DNA of 64,000 bases from Minisyncoccota bacterium (GTDB lineage: Bacteria > Patescibacteriota > Minisyncoccia > Phycocordibacterales > UBA1006), in assembly GCA_022763365.1 (NCBI GenBank), contig JALEGN010000013.1, positions 44,118-108,117 on the forward strand, given 5' to 3'. Shown one piece after another: positions 59,255 through 64,000 of the stretch; position 1 is the stretch's first letter, and every line of letters starts with the position of its first letter. Below the pieces are notes generated by a model, which saw only the letters and a list, made by a program, of their open reading frames with translations, was not told where the DNA came from and searched no databases. The position numbers and the translations under genes are program-made.

Positions 59255-60502
59255 ATGAAAATATATCCTGAACATTATGATGTTATTGTTGTTGGTGGCG
59301 GAGCCTCAGGTATGATGGCTGCTGGGACCGCAGCAAAGGCAGGTAAAAAAGTCCTCATCCTTGAAAAGAATTCAGATATGGGAGAAAAATTAAAGATCAC
59401 TGGTGGTGGACGTTGTAATATTACAAATTATGAACTCGATAACCGAAAACTCCTCGCGCACTACGGTGATGCGGCGCCTTTTCTCTATTCTCCATTTTCA
59501 CAATTCTCCGTAAAAGATACTTTTACTTTTTTTGAGAGGCGAAAACTCCCTTTAGTAACCCAAGCGCGTAATCGAGTCTTTCCAAAGACTGAAAAAGCTT
59601 ATGACGTATACAAAGTTATGAAGGATTTTGTTAAAAAAGAAGGAGTCACTATTAAATATCAATCACCAGTTAAAGATATCCAAATTAAAGCTGGGAAGAT
59701 TTCAGCGGTGGATACTCAACAATTTAGATACACCGCTGATAATGTCATTATTTCAACCGGTGGAGTATCCTATCCTGAAACTGGTTCTACCGGTGATGGA
59801 TTTAAATGGATGGAACGTATTGGGCATACCGTTCACACACCAAGTCCTGACATTGTACCGCTGCGGGCGAGTGATTTTTGGATTAAAAAAATATCAGGAA
59901 CAACCCTATCATTTATGAAAATTACTTTTTTCTGTAATGGTAAAAAATCTTTTTCAAAAACAGGGAAAATTCTTTTTACCCATTTTGGACTCTCTTCCCC
60001 ATTAATCCTTAACAGCTCAAAACAGGTTTCTGACCTTTTGCACCAAGGGTCGGTAACAGCCGAAATTGATTTATTTCCTGACACCGATAAGGGATCGCTT
60101 GAAAAACGCTTACTTAAAATCTTTGAAGTTAACAAAAATAAAAATATTTTAAATGCTTTATATGAATTGTTACCGAAAAAAATCGCTGAAACCATTCACG
60201 ACCTCGCCCGTCTTGAAAATCCTCGAGTAAAGGTAAATAGTCTTAAAACTGAGGAGCGGAAAGAACTCATCCATCTCATAAAACACTTGCCTCTAACCAT
60301 TGATGGACTCATGGGACTCGACCGAGCCGTGATTGCCGATGGTGGAATTCCATTATCTGAAATTGATACTAAAACTATGCAATCAAAGGTCATTTCAAAT
60401 CTCTATCTGATTGGTGACATGTTACATGTTAATAGGCCATCTGGTGGATATTCTTTGCAGTTGTGTTGGACGACTGGATATGTTGCAGGGATGTCAGTTT
60501 AA
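59255..60502 (+). CDS. HI0933/BaiN family flavoprotein
   Basis: GGGASG, KLKITGGGRCNITN, TGSTGDG, LFTHFGLS, GGYSLQ. Confidence 0.93.
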   Translation: MKIYPEHYDVIVVGGGASGMMAAGTAAKAGKKVLILEKNSDMGEKLKITGGGRCNITNYELDNRKLLAHYGDAAPFLYSPFSQFSVKDTFTFFERRKLPLVTQARNRVFPKTEKAYDVYKVMKDFVKKEGVTIKYQSPVKDIQIKAGKISAVDTQQFRYTADNVIISTGGVSYPETGSTGDGFKWMERIGHTVHTPSPDIVPLRASDFWIKKISGTTLSFMKITFFCNGKKSFSKTGKILFTHFGLSSPLILNSSKQVSDLLHQGSVTAEIDLFPDTDKGSLEKRLLKIFEVNKNKNILNALYELLPKKIAETIHDLARLENPRVKVNSLKTEERKELIHLIKHLPLTIDGLMGLDRAVIADGGIPLSEIDTKTMQSKVISNLYLIGDMLHVNRPSGGYSLQLCWTTGYVAGMSV

Positions 60503-60507
60503 ATCTT

Positions 60508-60534
60508 AAAAACCAATCATTATGATTGGTTTTT
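60508..60534. terminator. Bidirectional terminator
   Basis: AAAAACCAATCA-tta-TGATTGGTTTTT between convergent genes. Confidence 0.8.
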
Positions 60535-60536
60535 AA

Positions 60537-61628
60537 TTACATAAATTTCTGACACTCTTTCCAAAATGAAAAGAAGTTTTTGTAGTAACCTTGAACTTCA
60601 GGAAATAACTCAGCTTGTTGTTCAGGGTTCCCTTTCCAGTGTTGTACATTTTGATGGTCTTGGTAATACACCTCACCTTTAAAATCTTTGATTAATTCAG
60701 ATTGCTCTCCAACAAAAATTTGAATCCCTTCAATATTTTCTTTTGCCAGATTAACGATAAAATTCATCACCTTTTCTGATACTGGAAATTTTTGGAAATG
60801 TGATGGCTCAATGACCAAGATTTTTTGAACATCTTCACCAGCATGATAATTAGGATCTAGATTCCATGAATGAAATAACACAAGGTCTTTTTCATTTAAA
60901 ACGAAATTATCACCTTCCGGAAAAAATACTGATAATTCAGGTTCAATCGTTTTTTCTAATACCTCCGGAATATCCATATCTAAGATGTCTTCTCGATTAA
61001 TATCCATAAAGGTACCTGTTTGTGATTGTGATAATGGTGAGCAGGCATTCATGAGTTCTTGATGAGCAACATATTGTTTTGAAGCAAAAGCTCCAGACAC
61101 CCATTGCCACGACAACGAATTAGATGCTAAATCTCCATCCAACAAATGATAGTACATCCACTGTGATGGTTGCCACCAGTGACAATGAGCAACATTTGTT
61201 GCTATTGATGAAACCCACATACGTGCGTGATTATGCATATAGCCTGTTTCATAAAGACCCTTAATTGATTCGTCAATAATAGTAATACCTGTTTGAGCAT
61301 TAATTATTGATTCTGGTATTTCATTTTCTACCTCTACTCCTTGCTGATCAAAACGTAGATCATCAAAAATTTCATCACCTTTTGATTGGTAGATTTTTTG
61401 GAAATATTCTCGCCATGTGAGTTCCTGAATAAGTTTTTCAGAATCTTTTTTTGAATATTTTTCTAAAACAATATCTCGAATCTGAGGTAATGTAATAACT
61501 CCACGAGTTATATATGGAGATAAATACGTCACTGCACCATCCAAATGATTCCGTGTTTGAGCATATTTTTTAGGATTAATATTTTCAATCCGCTGTATAA
61601 TTTTTTGATATTCCAAAGGGAAATTCAT
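60537..61628 (-). CDS. Short photolyase with N-terminal FAD-binding domain (inverted domain order)
   Basis: YAQTRN, LSPYITRG, QELTWREY, GYMHNHARMW, LLDGDLASN..SWQW within the first 180 aa. Confidence 0.88.
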   Translation of the reverse strand: MNFPLEYQKIIQRIENINPKKYAQTRNHLDGAVTYLSPYITRGVITLPQIRDIVLEKYSKKDSEKLIQELTWREYFQKIYQSKGDEIFDDLRFDQQGVEVENEIPESIINAQTGITIIDESIKGLYETGYMHNHARMWVSSIATNVAHCHWWQPSQWMYYHLLDGDLASNSLSWQWVSGAFASKQYVAHQELMNACSPLSQSQTGTFMDINREDILDMDIPEVLEKTIEPELSVFFPEGDNFVLNEKDLVLFHSWNLDPNYHAGEDVQKILVIEPSHFQKFPVSEKVMNFIVNLAKENIEGIQIFVGEQSELIKDFKGEVYYQDHQNVQHWKGNPEQQAELFPEVQGYYKNFFSFWKECQKFM

Positions 61629-61650
61629 ATTCTTAGTATAGCAAAAGGAG

Positions 61651-61905
61651 CTACAAAGCTCCTTCTTCTTTTAACAACTGCTCTTTGGATTTAGCGCGTA
61701 ATCCATTATACGGACCAATTGAACCATCTGATCTAATAACCCGATGACATGGCACCGACAAATCGTTATTTTTCGCCATAATACTACCAACGGCTCGACT
61801 AGCATTTGGCGAGCCTACCTTCTCAGCTATCTGTTTATAGGTCATGACTTTTCCTTTTGGTATTTTTTTAACTACGGCTATTACTTTTTCTGTGAAGGTT
61901 TTCAT
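61651..61905 (-). CDS. MGMT-family O6-methylguanine methyltransferase, DNA-binding domain only
   Basis: IPKGKVMTY, ASRAVG, VPCHRV active site. Confidence 0.9.
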   Translation of the reverse strand: MKTFTEKVIAVVKKIPKGKVMTYKQIAEKVGSPNASRAVGSIMAKNNDLSVPCHRVIRSDGSIGPYNGLRAKSKEQLLKEEGAL

Positions 61906-62441
61906 ATTTCTCTCCCTTTAATAAACTGATACTCAATATCAGTTACTCTATCTGAAAATTTTGTTTCGCGGATAATGTTTAAACCTTTTTCTTCATACGG
62001 TTTAAAACTTTCTGGAAGAATATTGAGCACTTTTTCAGCAACTTCATTTTGTGGAAAAATACCAGATGTAATACATCCTAATCGAATTAAATACCACGTT
62101 GCAATAAACAAAGAACAGGGATATTTACCTTTTTTAATATAAGAAATTAAGTCTTTTTTAAGTGCTTCGTTTTCAAGAAAAGAAAGTACATTATCACAAT
62201 CAGGAATTAACTGAGACTCTCTAATAAAAACATCTGGTTGTGAATTGTTTTCAATCAGCCAAGTATTTAACATTTTGTAATCAAAACTAGGATCTGGAAA
62301 AGAATAATCATCAACCATAACAACCAGGGAATTATCTTTATCACCAATAAAAGGTGTTAAATATTCAAGTGCTATCTTATGTTCTTTTTTAATCTCAGAA
62401 TTCGTATAGATATGAGCATATTCTATGGAGAGTTTTTTCAT
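61902..62441 (-). CDS. Hypothetical protein, possibly SCO2522-like
   Basis: LSIEYAHIY, VMVDDY, CSLFIATWYLIRLG. Confidence 0.55.
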   Translation of the reverse strand: MKKLSIEYAHIYTNSEIKKEHKIALEYLTPFIGDKDNSLVVMVDDYSFPDPSFDYKMLNTWLIENNSQPDVFIRESQLIPDCDNVLSFLENEALKKDLISYIKKGKYPCSLFIATWYLIRLGCITSGIFPQNEVAEKVLNILPESFKPYEEKGLNIIRETKFSDRVTDIEYQFIKGREI

Positions 62442-62466
62442 ATTTTAAGTATATCAAAAACCAACT

Positions 62467-63522
62467 CTATTGAGTTGGTTTTAAATGTATATGCGTAATC
62501 TCATTCGACGTCCCAAACCTCATCAAAGGACCAACGGTTCCTGTTCCCTGTGTTACATACAAGAACATATCTGAAACAGTATAGAGCCCATTAACAAATG
62601 GATACTCCAATGATACCAATAATCCCATTGGCCAAATCTGACCATTGTGAGTATGGCCTGAAAGCATCAGCTCAGCACCACGCGCTGCTGCACGTTTTAC
62701 TTCCTCGGTTATCGGTTGGTGATCAAGGATAATGGTATAACGCTCTTGATTAATACCTCCAAGATTATCAAGCGTTCCATCAATCGTTTCTAATTCATTA
62801 ATACCAATAATATCTAATTCATCATATTGAATTCTTGTTCTATCAATTAGCTGAATATCAGTTTCAGAAATAACATCTTCGAGAGTTCCTGCAGGAAGAT
62901 AATATTCATGATTTCCTGTAATCAAATATATTGGCATCGTTAATTGATTGAATATATTAATGTCTTCTCGTGTCACATAAAACTCATCAATAAAATCTCC
63001 GGTAATCACAACAAATTCTGGATCTACCTTGGCTATTTTATCAATCATTCGCTGCATATATGAGGTATTGGTAATACCGTGCTGAATATCACTGATTTGA
63101 ACAAATTGATATTCACGTGAAATGTGATCGGCTTCGAGATTAAGGTCTTTGACGATAATATGCTGACCGTTCACAATAGTTATAACAAAGAAAATTATAG
63201 TAGAGCCAAGTATTCCCCAAAATGTTTTTACATGAGAAATAGTAAAAACTTTTTGAATAAACAAACCAAGAATTGAAAATCCAAATAATGCTAAACCAAA
63301 AACGAGCCAATAAAAACTCAGTTGATTAAAAAATTTAAAAAACCCAATGGTATCTGGTTGCTCAAGGATTCGAGCAAGCCCAAAAGAGCTGATAAAAATA
63401 ACCGCTGGTGTAATAATCCATAGAGGATGCTTGTTGTTTTTTAGTCGGGCAAGGTTCCATATTGGCAGCCCAAAAATTACCGCCGAAGCAACCAAAGCCA
63501 CAATTACAAATAAAATATTCAT
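62467..63522 (-). CDS. Membrane-bound metallophosphoesterase (YkuE-like)
   Basis: 4 TMs; DIQH, TGDFID, GNHE, LDHQP, SGHTHNGQ. Confidence 0.92.
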   Translation of the reverse strand: MNILFVIVALVASAVIFGLPIWNLARLKNNKHPLWIITPAVIFISSFGLARILEQPDTIGFFKFFNQLSFYWLVFGLALFGFSILGLFIQKVFTISHVKTFWGILGSTIIFFVITIVNGQHIIVKDLNLEADHISREYQFVQISDIQHGITNTSYMQRMIDKIAKVDPEFVVITGDFIDEFYVTREDINIFNQLTMPIYLITGNHEYYLPAGTLEDVISETDIQLIDRTRIQYDELDIIGINELETIDGTLDNLGGINQERYTIILDHQPITEEVKRAAARGAELMLSGHTHNGQIWPMGLLVSLEYPFVNGLYTVSDMFLYVTQGTGTVGPLMRFGTSNEITHIHLKPTQ

Positions 63523-63588
63523 GGTGATAGTATAACGATAAATTCTATTTAAAACAGTAAAAAAGGCATTCATGTTATACGAATGCCT

Positions 63589-64000
63589 TTATTCTAATTG
63601 ATCCATAACTATTTCTAAAAAAGTATTTATCTTTTTATCAAAAGAAATTTGTTTTCCATCAACAATATTTGAAACGACATAACGGTCTAGAAAATGCCGT
63701 AACCAAGCAAAATACAATCGATCATCGATAGCACGTGCTTGCTCTGGTGACTCCTCCCTACTTTCATCATTCTTATAGAATTCTTCTGCTCCATGAGCAG
63801 CAGTTTTTAAATGAATGACAAAATTATAGCGAGCAAGGACCTCTTTGAGAGATAAACCGATGGTAGCAAAGAGTAGTAATTGATAACTGTGAAAGTCATT
63901 TTTTTCTCCTAAATAAGCAATGGGACTTAACAATCCTCTATCATGAAAAATAACAACCTTGCTACCTTCATCAATTAACCTAGCAGCTTCTTCTCGAGCT
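63589..64000 (-). CDS. 3' part of a P-loop kinase-like AAA_28 (Ttd14/NadR-like) protein; truncated by window edge
   Basis: Frame open to the edge; VIFHDRG..IAY, YNFVIHLKTAAHGAEEFY, REESPEQARAID. Confidence 0.65.
   Translation of the reverse strand, partial: AREEAARLIDEGSKVVIFHDRGLLSPIAYLGEKNDFHSYQLLLFATIGLSLKEVLARYNFVIHLKTAAHGAEEFYKNDESREESPEQARAIDDRLYFAWLRHFLDRYVVSNIVDGKQISFDKKINTFLEIVMDQLE

Noticed and set aside
1-64000. CRISPR array, integron or transposon
   Set aside because: No regularly spaced direct repeats, no attC core sites, and no cas, integrase or transposase ORF seen

Overview
A low-GC, gene-dense chromosomal segment that looks like a Patescibacteria (CPR, probably Parcubacteria) genome. 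This is inferred from the short ProRS and EF-Ts, compact RNase P RNA, split transketolase, type IV pilin and the fba/pfkB/tkt/rpe/rpiB/gap cluster. Core genes include mreBC, proS, rpsB-tsf, tRNA-Thr, rpoB-rpoC-dnaG-rpoD, trmD, rnpB, lepB-hisS-def-fmt, truB and rsgA. They are interleaved with single-gene accessory cassettes, many Bacteroidota-like and oxygen- or light-related (ATP-cone NrdB class Id-like RNR, SOD, TrhO, MsrB, Bcp, inverted-domain photolyase, two putative beta-barrels). I saw no transposase, integrase, prophage or CRISPR array. Best leads: (1) an unannotated ~245-nt structured RNA at 36.6-36.8 kb with its own terminator, one hairpin of which is complementary to the rpoB 5' leader; (2) pervasive leaderless promoters on housekeeping genes versus a separate ~25-nt A/T-leader architecture on ORFans; (3) a CoaE-CoaD fusion; (4) four paralogous unknown membrane proteins, one with an in-frame TGA; (5) a CxxC...WNPPK arrest-peptide-like tail upstream of a beta-barrel gene; (6) a NADAR-DUF393 fusion. 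All family calls are from motif recognition by eye; no searches were run. Start codons were adjusted where a -10 box or homology pointed to a downstream start.
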